From the NCBI GenBank assembly GCA_051294905.1, contig CM119383.1:11408001-11472000 (forward strand): 64,000 nt of DNA, in the 5' to 3' direction. This DNA is from Botryllus schlosseri (taxonomy: Eukaryota). The position numbers and the translations under genes were made by a program. Every line of letters starts with the position of its first letter. The stretch's first letter is position 1. This document shows positions 10,701 through 23,998 of this stretch, in pieces. The notes beneath the pieces are model-generated. The model was not told the origin of the DNA. It saw nothing but the letters and a program-made list of their open reading frames with translations, and searched no databases.

Positions 10701-13700
10701 GTATCACCATGTATAGAATAGGTTGGAAGATCAACGATATCGAATGTAGTAAAACATACCAGCCCAGCGCACTCATCTTCACTATCATCAAAAGGTTCCT
10801 CGAGTTGTGCGGTGGTCGTAACCTCCGGAAGGACGTCCTTTTCGTCGTCAATGTCATTAGCGGAGTGATACTGGTGTTCTGCAATCTGAAATGCAAAATA
10901 ACTCTAATGTCAAACCGAGGTCAATCATTGCTTGCACATCAAGACTTCACGGAAACGGATTGTGCTTCTACACAGGATGCAATATAATACTGTTTTACAA
11001 CATGACAAATAGTGCGCACTAACCCAACTCAGTGGAGTGTCAATAACACAGACGAACTCAGTTTCGAAAAGGTAAGCCAAGCCACCACAGAGCAAAGTAC
11101 CAAGAGGTCAATGGTGATGAAGCAAAGATGTACTAAGACAGTATGACTAAAATAACACAATTCGTTCGTCATTATACATAGCAACCAGACCAAAGTACAG
11201 TAATGCAGGGTCATCTAGGTGCCAACATGTATTACAACGTCACTAGAGCAGTGGCCGAATTATCGTTTCGATACATATTTCTCGCTGGTATAAAAAGCAC
11301 CCAAAACTGATCGCAAAAAAAATAGTGATCGTCCAGTGCATTTGTCACAAAGCGTCACGGCATAGTGGTAGTCAAAATAGCCGAATTATGTTCGAGGCGG
11401 TGTTACAGGCATTGATTTCTAAACGTCACAGAAAATCAACATATTTCTAGTTCAATATTTGAACCAAATTTCGAACCTTACGTGCCATTCAAATGGATAT
11501 GACCTCATACATCTTCAAGCTCAACATTCTATCCTCAAGCTCGCAACAATACAAAATAACACAAAATTTCCATCAGCAAAAGCCAGTATTCAAAGGAATC
11601 GGTCATCATCAAGTGATTATATTAGCAGGCATTAGAATGCGGGATTAAGTTGGAGTTTGGGTTTTAATTTAGGTTAGGACAAGGGTTAATTTTGTGGTCA
11701 CACAGTCACATTTTGAAGTGTCGCACGCTCATAGCTCAACTGTCGCTTTTCATTGCGTGGCACGCTCAAAGGTTGAGCTTGCCATTTAAAATGGTCACAT
11801 CTTCGCGGGTCTTACACCTCTGACCCAGTGCACGCTTGACGCTCACCCTAGTGACGCTGGAAGCAGAATGGCCGCTCGTGGACCGCGTTCGCTTTTTCCT
11901 CTGTATCGTGACTGCCCGCCGCTGCCTGTTGATGTGCACCTCGAAAAAGTCAGACCCGGCATTTTCCGCCAGCGTGATCATCGAAGGCTCCGAGAAATTC
12001 TTTCTAATCGACGCCTTCAGGTCTTGCACTGTTGGTTCTGGTGCCCGAGACTGCTCAAAAAATTCACGACAGAAATATAAAGTGATGCACTTGAGAAAGA
12101 AAATTGACAGTCTTGAGCACCTGCAACACTTGCTTTTCGAGCTGTAGCAGAGCCGGTATCCTGACGTGGTGGTCGCCGGTAGATTGCGACCTCGGCACGC
12201 GGCCCTGCAGCTTTCTCTCCTGCGATAACATGGGAGCATGATGACGTGCACAGGGGATAAAAGGTAAAATCGGATACGAACCTCGGCTACAACGCGGCTC
12301 GCGTGATTTTTGGCGGCTGCAATAGAAAAAACAAGACCTTGAAACGAAACCACATACCAGCATTCGGGTTGGGTTAAAGTGGATATCGATGCTCACAAAA
12401 CCGACTTCAATTCACGATTAAAGCCGGGCAATGTCAAGTGCTTTGATCCTAGATCAGGCAGCTAAGTTACAGATAACTTGACATTCGTTGCGCCTTGCGA
12501 GATGATAACTACTTTCCAAAAAGATCACTTCTACTCAAGTTTGCGCTTGACATTTTATTGCAGTCTTGCTAGGATTCAAGGCTCTGACTGAGGCGTATAA
12601 TTTCAGGTCTACTTGTAAAAAATAATTCATATATTACAATTAATATTAGATTTGATTGGTCGAAGCATTGTGCACAGCCTAATTCCTGACATGGGACGGA
12701 AAAGTTATGATTATCGGATTTATCGCTGTAATCCACGAGTCGAATCGTCTCGCGACTACACTCGGGATCATATCACACACCTTTTGCTTCCAACGAATTC
12801 CGAGATCCGTTTTTCTTCAGCGAGTCTTGTCCGTTTTCGTTGACATGGTTCTGTCGATTAAATACAATATGATAACGTGTCATGAACTATGACAAGGTGT
12901 GCACCATGAAGTTTAGGAGTGTACGATCAGTTTTATTCTTTCAATTTCAATCACGACAAATAAATGAAATTGTTACTAAACTCGCTCATTTATTGTACTT
13001 ATCGGACATTACAGATTGTCAACATTACTGTCACCCCCAGCACGCTCACATATGAAATCAAATCAAATCAAATTACTACCTCGCTCGGAACTTTTGTCGG
13101 GCCGTCGCCAGCACCTATTCCATTTGCAATTCCATTCTTGATCAGCGACACCCTCTCGCATTCGCCATTCAAATCATCGTCAGGATACGGTTCCTTTTCC
13201 GATATCGTTTCCAACGTTGGGGGCATGATTATTTTTTTAACTGCAGGCTGATTATCCTCGGGCAGATTTTTCAGCATTAGGTCATTCATACGCTTTTCTT
13301 TTTCACCTAAACATATTATATTTCAATACGCATACGCTGCGTACACAGACCCTGGAAGATAGTGCAGGTGCTGATAGAAAATATCACCCAAACTTTGTTT
13401 AATTGAACCATCTTATTCTGAGTATTCTCCGAAGGAAATGGGTCAGTCATGTTATCAAGCTATTGTTCAAGTTGGTTCTATTGATTATATAGTGTGACAA
13501 ATTGAAAATAGATTGAATGCAGCAATGTAAATTGCAAATTTTAATTGTATCAACACTGTGAAGGATTCAATTACTGAACGTTTTTTCTTTTTCTGTAACA
13601 GACGCGGTCTCAATTTAAACAACACCAATTCAACTACATCTGTTCAATAGTCGGCTAAGTATGGAATATCAATGCAGGGCATCCTAAATTAAACATTGCA

Positions 13701-16700
13701 AACATCTACACTGAAATATAAAATACCAACAAGAAAAAAATCCACCAACAGACAAAGAAGCAAAATAGCGCAGTTGCTCGGAATCTCATTATTGCAATAA
13801 CAACTTACGTTCAATAGACTGGACCATCTTAGGCACATAGATAATCCGCACACCAAAGTAGACAACAGCTGCAATGATGAGAGGTATGACAAACTGCAGC
13901 CACATAGGGATGTCATGAAATCGTAATACTGTAATGTAAAGAATGTATCAGAAAACACAGCATGCTATGAAGACAGCCAAGATGATTTACTTTTAAAGCC
14001 GGAGTGTAACACAGAGAACGTATTGATCAAGAGAGTGCCGGCATATAAAATCGGCATTGCAACCAAGCCAGGTGGTACTGGGTTTTCCTGAAACAAGACA
14101 ACATAATTAATTGAGGAGATAGTAGGCACAATTGCAGAATACTGTTGACTGAAAGTCAAAGATTTGGGATACATCGATCTATGACCTGCACCATTGCAAA
14201 TTAACATGGTAGTGTCACATTAAAGAAACATGAAAAATCGGAATTACCATCCACCCCTGTAGATCTACCAGTGCAATATCATGACACGAATAAATGACAG
14301 CAATGTGAAGTTGCTCAACAACAAAGCATATTCGCACCTTAGTAAATATTAATCGCCTCAGCAGCCAGTAAAATATTGCAGCCATTGCGCCAGCAAGTAT
14401 CGGTGATATAAACCAGGAAGCAACTGCAATAAAGTAAGTGTTTATAAGCATGCCACAATCATCAAGTAGAAGTTAGTAAATAATCGAGGTCAAAATCTAC
14501 TAGGGTAAACAGGTACACTAGTCTCAACCATAGGCGCCGAACGCTAATTTTCCTTAGGCATGCGAGTTCGATGACGTCACAAAGGAATGACTTCATGATC
14601 CGACGGAATTGATAATTAGGGATAATATAGCATCAATTCATGAGGGTTAAGTGCCTGCATAAATAACGATTATGCAATATCTTCGTGTTAACAAACTTGC
14701 GCGTATGATAAGCTTGTCAACGAGTCCGGAAGTGCTGTCAATAAGCGAGTCCCTGATCACTAGCGAACAATTAAATACGCCGCTTATCAACGCGTATTAC
14801 GTAACCTCGGCGACGATTTGCGCAAGGCAAAATGTCAGAGTTGTTGTGGAATCTGTTCTATAATGGCACCGATTTCAGGTTGTTCAAACCTTTCTCGTGT
14901 TTTACTTCTCAAGCCTTGACAGTTGACACACATCTTCTGATGGTTATGTTTAGGTATTAGCGGAATTCACTTACGCATGCACGGCGCACTCACAATCGCA
15001 CATGTCTGCGGACATTCGATGTCATTCAGGTCAGCGATGTCGCTCTTTAATTACAATCGCTAACCAACAAACACCTAACGGCATTGTCACCAAGCCATCG
15101 AAAGATTAGAGCTAACGCATGCTAGGCTCGAGAGATGGGAGCCAACGCATGCTCGGCTCTAGACGCGATAGTTGGCCAGCGACGATATCTTTCGTACCAG
15201 GGATGTTGCAGATGCCATTGTGTAGGCAAGCGATAATATCGTGTGCGCCAATGCAGATGCGATAGTGCAGGCAGCGATGGCACCGGGCCTACTGCTGATG
15301 TGATTGTTCATCATGCTCAAGCGAGTGAAACTAGGCTTGTCGGAGGCGCGATAAAGCAGGCAAGCGTCCCAAGCGATGATTGCCGAGCGCGCGGCAATCA
15401 ATGACACAATTTGGCGATCATCTTGGCGATCATCTCAGCGGGAGATCGCGTCGCGTTACATTGTGCACAGACAAATCTCGTTAATTGGCAACGCGCTTGT
15501 AGCTAATTGGCCGCGCGCAACGGGTTACCTCGCTCACATAAGCGGTAGCAGGTAATGTCGTAAACGGAAATACATTGCGATTCGTTCTAAATAACACAAT
15601 CGGGGTTTATGCCGATTCATGCCAAACCGAACTCTAGGCATGCCGCATACCTAAAAAAATGTCTAGGTATGCCTGGCATGCCTTGCATGCCCAGGTTCGG
15701 CGCCTATGGTCTCAACTGATGGATTTGTTCTCGTGAATAGCAGGTACTGTACCATGCGATTTTCATGCTGGACGACTGGACGTATTTCAGCACATTTATC
15801 ACACAAGACTCTAATCTACAGGGCCAGCCAGTAGGCTAGGAGGCAAGTCAACAAATTACATTTGTACAGTACAGTGTAGACGTGCCACTACAATCATCAA
15901 TAGATCAAGAATAAATTCCTTTAAATTAAAACACAATCCTATTTAGTGAAGTCATCAGTGGTGAACAGTGCGAGTCCATGAACAGTGACAACACAAGAAT
16001 TCACGCCTACCTATCAACCCCATCTTCGTCCAATTCACACCCTGGGCGCCCATTGCCACAATGGAAAATCCAACACAGGCGCCAACGATACTGTGTGTGC
16101 CAGATACTGGCATTTTCAGAAAAGTGGCAATCAACTGCCATAGTCCAGATCCTATCAAGAGAAAATATTCAAAATACGACACCCAGATACGACACAAGTG
16201 CTCCTCCCTCCATGATAAACCAGGATAGGAAGGCCGATGGATTTAATTTTCTTCCACGTTAAAACAACTTTCAAACCAAATTCACACTTGATTGTAGTGC
16301 TTATTTTTGTCATACTTGGCTGTATCAATACAATGCATCGTACATTGGCTGGCAATAGGTTTGCATAGCTAATATTGACTTCATACAAACTGAATTTACA
16401 TGCAAAACAACTAATTAACAACGCAGCTTCATAGCATCAAATGCCTTTACTGCAAGTTGTTTACTTCAATGAACCATTCAGAGGTCAGGCAGTTCACTTC
16501 CAAGAAGAGAAGAGTCCCTTTTAACACTGGAATGACCCTTAATCAGAAACTCCAACGCAACAAAATTAATTTACCACGCTTAGCCTACGTAATAAACACT
16601 ACCTCCTTCTAAACTTTACCGATCATGGCGCTGACTTCTCCCACCATGAGTGTCTTCTCATTCCCAATGTAGATATTCGCGTCTATGATACCCTTTCGTA

Positions 16701-18240
16701 TCGTCTCCCCGACCTTAGCCCCGAGTAATATGGCACCGAGGGTTTCAAATACGGAAGCCAGGATACATGCCTGAAATGTATCGCCGTTGTATCAATTCTT
16801 CAATCAAAATGAACGCAGCATCATTATGTACAACGGTACATTGTGCAGTATTTAACTGTATAACTTCACATATCCACCACAACAGAGAAATATGGCCTTC
16901 GAATAGACTAAAGGTCAACTACAAAAAAACAATAACGACATACTAATCTGATTACCAACCCGAGGAGGTCAAAGTACTGAAGTATATGTAGAAGTAATGT
17001 CGTAAATATTTACTTGTGTACAGCAGATTTGTGATTTCTGAGTAAAAAAGTTATTCCAGGACTAGTTTTGCCCTAAAAACCCAAAAGCGGTTAAATATAA
17101 GTGAAAGTGGTTTAAAATCTCCTTTGAGTGCTTTGATCACCTCTTTTGCCAATTGATATGCACATTGAACACCTAGTCAATAAATAATTTTCACAAACTA
17201 TTAGTCTAGATATTGTAGCATTTCCTAATAGGTCAGACGTCTGAATCTATGTTTTTGTTCGCAGTCAAAATGACCAACTTGACAAATAAGAATTTTGAAA
17301 AAGAATAGGGTCAACCAAGAGCAGAGTCATAAAATAATCATGGAACAGCATACCTGCATATCTAATAAAAGGATAAAAGTTGCAGGCCTACCACTTGAAA
17401 TTCAGATTAAGACCAATTGCAATCAATCAAATAAAATGATTGTATGCACCTGCTTTTTTGTTAACGAAAAATGTTTTTTTGTGCTGCAACAAACCAGTTT
17501 GAAGACATTTTGAAAGTATGTGTGAGTGCGCAGTGAGCAATAGGGCTTGAAATTCCATGGTATTTTGGTCGCTGGACTTTGAGCGTATCATTTTGGGAGT
17601 TCAAGTCTCAAGGATCTCAACATGTTGTTATCGGCATTAGGGTGGATTTATAGCATAGTTCAGGAGGAAACTAAATTTTGCGACACAATTGGGCCAAGTC
17701 CTGTGAAATGACATTCAGACACATTAATCATAGTTTAAATTTGTAGAAATCATTCACGCAAAAAATAACACGAGACCTCGTTGTTAACCATAATCAGAAC
17801 ACAGTAATCTCGCCGAAATCAGTATATTCGAGTAATGGTGGCAGAGATATTTAAAATACCAATGCAATCTTGACAAGACTGACGCAGTTCGACGAATGAT
17901 AAATGAATAATTATCGAAGTAAAATGTTCAATTTTACAGCAAGAAATTTTCGTTTACAACAAAATTTCAATTTTACCTGTCTTAGAGTCAATGTCTTTGC
18001 ACCAACCGTTGTACCAAAACTGTTTGCCACATCGTTAGCACCCACGGCAAAGGCAAGCACGAATGCAATGACGAATCCCACAATCAGTAGCCACAGAGTG
18101 TCGGCCTTGATTTCAAAATAGAGTTGGTACAGAATTGCAAATCAATGCCAAAGAGAAATTACCTGGAATTCTGCCAATGACATACCAAGGGTGGTCGCAA
18201 TAGCAATTGCTGCTGTGGTGACAGCGGCTGTAGTTGACAT
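4763..18240 (-). CDS. SLC20A: SLC20/PiT family sodium-dependent phosphate transporter, ~797 aa. Exons 18240-18163, 18105-17977, 16770-16620, 16151-16011, 14423-14338, 14087-13991, 13928-13809, 13306-13080, 12850-12781, 12316-12282, 12219-12121, 12050-11847, 10885-10760, 9559-9326, 9261-9193, 8690-8593, 8395-8210, 6440-6356, 4921-4763.
   Basis: All 19 exons join in phase from ATG (MSTTAAVTT) to TGA. Both PiT signature motifs are present ([14 protein letters not shown]; [25 protein letters not shown]), as are [40 protein letters not shown] and [25 protein letters not shown]20A1 versus SLC20A2 cannot be resolved by eye. Confidence 0.95.
5407..6052 (-). mobile_element. Unclassified interspersed repeat (family X), copy B
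   Basis: The reverse complement aligns by eye with 14624-15300 (aatatagcatcaattcat.agggttaag; gcggacattcgat; aacggcattgtc; internal gcagatgcgattg units). No TIR or TSD found. Confidence 0.7.
6772..7974. mobile_element. Non-autonomous hAT (Charlie-like) element
   Basis: Imperfect TIRs cagcggcgggcaaac / gtttgcccacccctg; perfect 8-bp TSD atgtaaag (6764-6771, 7975-7982); subterminal gggccg motifs. Confidence 0.85.
7177..7650 (+). repeat. Pair of ~200-bp direct repeats (7177-7376, 7457-7650) with an 80-bp spacer; SINE-dimer or TRIM-like
   Basis: Both units run accaagg..gactcc.gaattcct...cacgtgatccgc...cttataaaa...atgaatatcaaac. The spacer holds an AAC-rich tail, a hairpin (ctgtgg tatgat ccacag) and a B-box arm (gttgg ttcgagt ccgac). 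Confidence 0.75.
14529..15708. mobile_element. Non-autonomous hAT element carrying a family X copy (~14624-15545)
   Basis: Perfect 14-bp TIR cataggcgccgaac / gttcggcgcctatg; perfect 8-bp TSD gtctcaac (14521-14528, 15709-15716). Confidence 0.9.
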
Positions 18241-19813
18241 GTTTGCAGTTTAGTTACAAAATAACTTACAACGAATAGTTTTGGCGTAAGGATGCTGATG
18301 TTCCACCAACACCCTAGAGCCAACCGACACAATTTGTGAAATGCCTCGTTTAGCTGCAACATAGAATAAGCACATATTTTAGGGGTCATATTTTTGCAGA
18401 TTGATTTGATAACTACAATCGAAATGGGCTTGTCAGCGCTACTCTCAAGCCTGAGCTCTTAAGTTGCACCAGTTGGCAATAACCTAGGACTTTGATTGGG
18501 TAGCCTACTCAGGAAAACGAAGGATTTAAGAATGTGGATATATAAATTCCAAATTGTAATTGTGACACATTGGGCTGAGTTTTGGTTTTCATGCACCACA
18601 TAATTGAAGCTGGTACACATGTATATAGGCTACAATTTATAACGGCAAATCTTGAAATACTAGTACCGGTATATTAACAAAATTGATAGAAAATTATATC
18701 AACATCGGTGTATCCAGAACCTAGTTTGATCACAGACCCCTGTCATTCAATTCCAAGGTTACATATTGTTTGATTTTTCAGAATTTATCTACAGAATAGC
18801 GTTTGCAGAACTAGCCCATATGCTCACATAAATATCCTACTATATGGTAGCAATCTTAGAAAGCAACAATGCACTCATATTGAAAGTATAGTAACAGTAG
18901 AGGTACACTATGTGACGTTTTCTCCATTACATCTTATTTTCGTCGATATTGCAATTTGCAAACTGTTCTTGATGAATAAACTGTCATATTGCAAACGTCA
19001 AATGAGCTACTCTGTGGCATTTTACACCAGGAGAAATGGTGACATGAAAATAATCTCAACCAATGTCAATCACTGTATGAGTTAGAGTTCATTTCACCAT
19101 CAGTATCAGTCACACCAAATATCAAATAAGGAGCTGGCCCCCCAAGACCTGTGGTCTTGAAACAGTGACTTATAGTCACTTAGATCAGGGGCCGACATAG
19201 TCGACATGCACAAAGTATAGACAGAAATAAAAATATTCAACACTGAATTTAGAGCAGCTCATATACACCACAAGGTCACTAAAGTGTGCTCATTAGCCAT
19301 TCAAGTAACGCAGTAAAGACACGTTTCGTAAAGTTCCAACAGCGATAACTAAAATTCTGAACCTTTTACTGACATTGCAAAAGCATACAAACTTTTCGCG
19401 GACTAGTAACTAACTGCTCGCGGACTGGCACCAGTCCGTGGACCACAGATTACATACAACTGATATATAGACGATACCTAACGAAAAGTTACGAGCACAC
19501 GAATCCCTCGACTTGCTAATTTTGTCTTTCACGTACTAGCGTGCCGACAGGGATAGCTGCCTACGGTACATGGCTTTTTATCAAGCATGATACATAACGT
19601 TGTCTACTGGCGGCAGTTACATTTAATTAATGCATGCTATGTACGCGTATATTTTAATGCAACATCTCTTATTTTATAACATTACACTGCGACAACACGA
19701 CTTACGCGAGCTATGCAGCAACATTGAGCTACAACAAACGAACCTGGTCGCGCGCTCTCGCGACAATGCAATGTTCCGCGGCTGGACAGATCGAGAACAA
19801 ACACCGATCGTTT

Positions 19814-19834
19814 CACGTGGGATAAGCGCACGTG
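19814..19834. promoter_or_regulatory. Candidate E-box/GATA/E-box cluster ~1.6 kb upstream of the SLC20 ATG
   Basis: Sequence cacgtg g gataag cg cacgtg lies in a CpG-richer patch. Function is untested. Confidence 0.25.
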
Positions 19835-20040
19835 GTTCATTTTCCCTCGCTAAAATGACATTGTGTACGATTTCACGTTTTCTAGTACCAAGAGCAAATA
19901 GCAGCCACTTATTAGCTCGCTGCGTCGCTTGATCAAGATTTTTGCAGGTTCCGCAGTAGCCGGTTCTGCGAAACTATATTTCAGAGCAATTTTAACAACA
20001 AAGTCCGGCTATGTTAAATTCTGCTCCTAAACCGGATTGT

Positions 20041-20190
20041 GATCAATCAATCAATCAATCAGGTTTTTTAATATTTTCATCGTTTCAATACATCACAAGA
20101 CTGCGATACAGTGAAAAGATAGGAAGGTGTCGAAACAACTTGGAGTAGCCTTTAAGATCAGACACCCACCTTAGCCTAGGCGAAGTAAAT
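20041..20190 (-). mobile_element. Short 3' fragment of the L2/Crack-type LINE family, ending in (TGAT)n
   Basis: The reverse complement matches 22070-22200 (cgcctaggc.aaggtgggtgtc.gat...ccaagt.g.ttcgaca.cttcct.tct); microsatellite tail at 20041-20061. Related fragments at ~3290-3340, ~20490-20550 and ~29380-29440. Confidence 0.7.
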
Positions 20191-21674
20191 AAGAGGCATG
20201 CACACTGAATGAAAAGTAATGCAGAGAATATAAGACGCAATAAGTGACAAAATGCTAACAACTAATCCTATTATTCAGTTGTACTTCGCGCCAATAAACG
20301 ATTGGTTACTATGGCCTACTTCGAAGACGCTATCATTTTCGTATCTTATAATTCGGCGTGGATTTATGTTTATGGTAATAGATTGATAAGTGCGTATAGT
20401 TGCACGCACAATGCACAGATTGCAGTTTGCACACGTCTTATTCACGAGTCCACCACTTGCGTTGGTAGATTGTCGAAATAATATATTATTAAATGATTTC
20501 ATCATTTCAAAACACCACAAGACTGTGATACAATGTAAAGATAGGACTTGTATATAATAGATTATGTAACTTGCACGCTGCTTCGGACCTCGGTCGTTGT
20601 AGGCTATCTGAATCCACAGCACCCATGGCCTGCCCCCATTTTCACTGCATATACAATCCCAAACCGGGGCCTACGATATTCAATTTTGTTTTGCATGGTC
20701 TCTGAAGACAGCTCAACAATTCCATGGGGTTGACAGAAAAATTTGAATTTTTTTTTTGATTTTCCTGTTTAAATTAAAAAATTCAATTGGATCTGCGGAG
20801 CCCTATACTTGTTAGAATTGAACCAAATTTGGTGTGCAGCGTTTTTGAGGGTAACCGGACGATTTAAGAGGTGACCGGCTTGAATCGGGAAAAAAAATTA
20901 TTTTTGAACAGCCCTCGTACATGGCATATGATGAATATTGAACAGGCTTCAAAGTAAACGAATTTCCTGTTTAGTTGATACAACCTATGGTTTTAGTCCA
21001 CGCATCAACATTAAAAAAGCAGGTTTAATGTTATGAATTCCAAGCAACGTTTCCCGGGCCGCACAGAAAGGCTTCGCGGGCCACACTTTGCCCAAGTCTG
21101 GTATAGGCCTACGAGCAATAAAAGTGGGCTCTTTCTGGTCATATCGACAAAATGTGGTAACAAATTTATTCTATACATCCTTCTTGCTCAAACACTATTT
21201 CTCCTCTAAACTAAACACAGTAAAACACACATAATATTAGAGTTGGATCCAGTAGATAAACGCCGCTTACATTGAATTATAGGCTATCGTTCATTTTTGG
21301 AATATACCCCGCGAGGGGCATTCAGAACAATCTAAACATGAACGCGTGACTCATATATCGTTTCTGTATTTCGAAATACCATATGGCAGTTATCCAGTTT
21401 GACGCGGTCTACGTGCTGGTGCTATTGATAATTAGCCTAAATCCGCACATTAGGCTACCTGAAACGACTTATAACATTACAATAGTTTTTGATATTGAAA
21501 TTGTCTCGCAATCGAAAAATTTCACTTGATAAAAGAATTTGAATGAAATGATTTGACTCGAAGTGACTTGCGACTGATCCAGACACTGACTGGCAGACTC
21601 TGGTGTCTGATGCCCGGGTCATGTTACCAGGCAGCACGGCACCTCAGCTGAGGCACGGCGTTGTAGATCACACA

Positions 21675-22226
21675 CTACATAATAATGCTATTGGTGCGAC
21701 TACTTAAAAATCGCTCATGTGTTGCCCCGAATATTTCAATGACTTCTTTACCTCTGAATCAAAAGCGCACAAGTACAACACACGCGCGTCCACGTCGTCC
21801 AAATATCATATGATCGACCGAAAAGATCATCGCTCCATCAAATATGCCGGACCTGATGTGTGGAACAGTATCCCGCCGGCCATCCGGCAGTCGACGAGCA
21901 TGTCCACATTCAAGTCGAAATACAAGCAATTACTACTAAATAAATACAGTCCATCCTCAAGATTACCGGACCACGACTGACCTATCGATCTCGCTTCCCA
22001 TGACATGCCGCCCTATTTCTTGTCGCTTTCTTTTTCTATACTGTATTCTTTACTTTCATTCAGTGTGCATGCCTCCTTTTTTACTACGCCTAGGCCAAGG
22101 TGGGTGTCCGATTCCATTGACAAATCCAAGTCGCTTCGACATCTTCCTGTCTATTCATTGTATCGCATTTTTTGTGGTGTATTGAACTGATAAAATTACT
22201 AATAAACCAATGATGATGATGATGAT
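21675..22226 (+). mobile_element. 5'-truncated non-LTR retrotransposon (L2/Crack/Daphne-type ORF2 C-terminus, 3' UTR and (GAT)n tail)
   Basis: ORF 21717-21980 (PEYFNDFF..HKYNTR..RSIKYAGPDVWNSIPPAIRQSTSMSTFKSKYKQLLL) matches the typical C-terminal motif of CR1/L2-group RT proteins. It ends in gatgatgatgatgat at 22212-22226. Confidence 0.85.
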
Positions 22227-22374
22227 ATATAGCCTGCGTCTGCAACCGCGATGCACGCGCTCGCACTATGGATCTGAGGTCAGAAATATTGCACCATCAA
22301 AACTACGCCATTCATGAACAATGTCGAGGTGACGTCGTATAATGACGTAACGTAGTGATAGCATCGTATATGTA

Positions 22375-23339
22375 CAGACTTGTACAAACTAGTGAATTTT
22401 AAAAAAGCGCAACTAGAACTAGAACTAGAACTACTCAATTTTTAAGACTCGCAACTATAACTATAACTAGAACTACCCAATTTTCAAATTCCGCAACTAG
22501 AACTAGAACTAGAACTACTCAATTTTCAAAACTCGCAACTAGAACTATAACTAGAACTAACGAAATTTAATTATCGGCAACTAACTAACTAAAACACAAC
22601 TAACTAAATTTAATTCTCAATCAACTCATTCATTTTTATTTTATTCGAATTCGGCGTTCCAGCCTTCCACATTAACGTCGGTACAACGAAATTACAGAAA
22701 TATCAGACAGACAGAACTATTCTGTAATCAGTACAGGATAAACTAAACCATTTTCCGCAGCTGTTGCTGATTGCAGCGAATCAAAAAGAGTCGCGAAAAT
22801 GTTTTTTCGTTGAGTTTTGCCCTCTTTGGGGAATACAAAATCCCAGCATGCGAGAAAGCCCTCTTAGTTTCGAGATAATACGCGCCAGCGCACAGCAGGA
22901 GATCACAAGTTCACATTCCAATTAGTAAACAACCTCAGCGGTAGATCGCGTGTCCCTGCGCACTGTCGATTGTTGTAAATTTGTCGAGTTATCAGTGAAC
23001 TCGGCATAATCAATGTATTAACTATGATCCAACAATGACCATTTGATCCTTTGTCATGATCACATCAGTAACCCTCAGTAACCTCACTTGTCAAGCGAGG
23101 AGAGTTCTCATCACGCAGGACACACGAGTGTTTTCTAGTTGTTCGGCAACTAATATTTTGTTGTAATGCGCAACTAAAACTACAACTACAACTACTGAAT
23201 TTTCAAAATCTGCAACTACAACTAGAACTAGAACTACGGAATTTTCAAAATCCGCAACTACAACTAGAACTAGAACTACTAAAAAAACTGTTAGTTAGTT
23301 GACCGTCAACTAACTAAATGTTTAGTTTGTACAAGTCTG
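22375..23339. mobile_element. Non-autonomous hAT element with (AACTAG/AACTAC)n subterminal arrays
   Basis: Perfect 16-bp TIR cagacttgtacaaact / agtttgtacaagtctg; 8-bp TSD tatatgta / tatacgta (7/8). Confidence 0.88.
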
Positions 23340-23998
23340 TATACGTAGCGTCGAGTTCACGTCACGCGGATAGATGTCTCGTACTAAAATATAAAATTAC
23401 TCGGTTATTTACAGGCTATTTTCTTGATGTACTATTGATGCCAATACTGATTGCTGGTGGTCTTATATTTCGTTCCGGCTTCCAAATTTCCACGAAAAAA
23501 AAGGCCTAATGAGGCAATTTGGGATATCTGGAATATCGATGTATGCTACAAGTGCACTTTGTCACGCGGTAAACCTCTATCGCATCTCATATATTTTTCT
23601 GCGGTTTTATTATTATAATTTATATTTATACTAGAGCAGCTTAGATGCGAATTAGGCCAAGTTGACTTTCTGGCGAAGAAATGGCTCTTGGAAATTCATG
23701 AAATTCCTAAAATAGTATTTACGGTGGGCACTACTATATTAAATATTTAAAGAATTGGACACCGTAAATACTATTTTATTCATAATTAAAAATTTTCGAC
23801 GGCAATAACTCCGCTTCGACTGGTTGGAATTGAACCAAATTTGGCGAACGTCGTTTCTATAGACAACCTAACACCTTCATGGGGTGAACAGAAAATATTC
23901 AAATTTTTTGTTATTTATTTTTATATAATAAATAGAAACTTTCTTCTCCTGTAGCAATGCGGCTACTGGTTGGAATTGAACCAAATTTGGTGTGTAGG

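Noticed and set aside
10689-10759. In-frame extension of SLC20 exon 10885 to a strong GTAAGT donor
   Set aside because: It ends in phase 2, and I found no downstream phase-2 acceptor that stays open.
11766-12353. Longest ORF in the track (195 aa) as an independent nested gene
   Set aside because: It is explained by SLC20 loop exons 12316-12282 and 12050-11847 sharing a frame, with introns and an out-of-frame exon read through.
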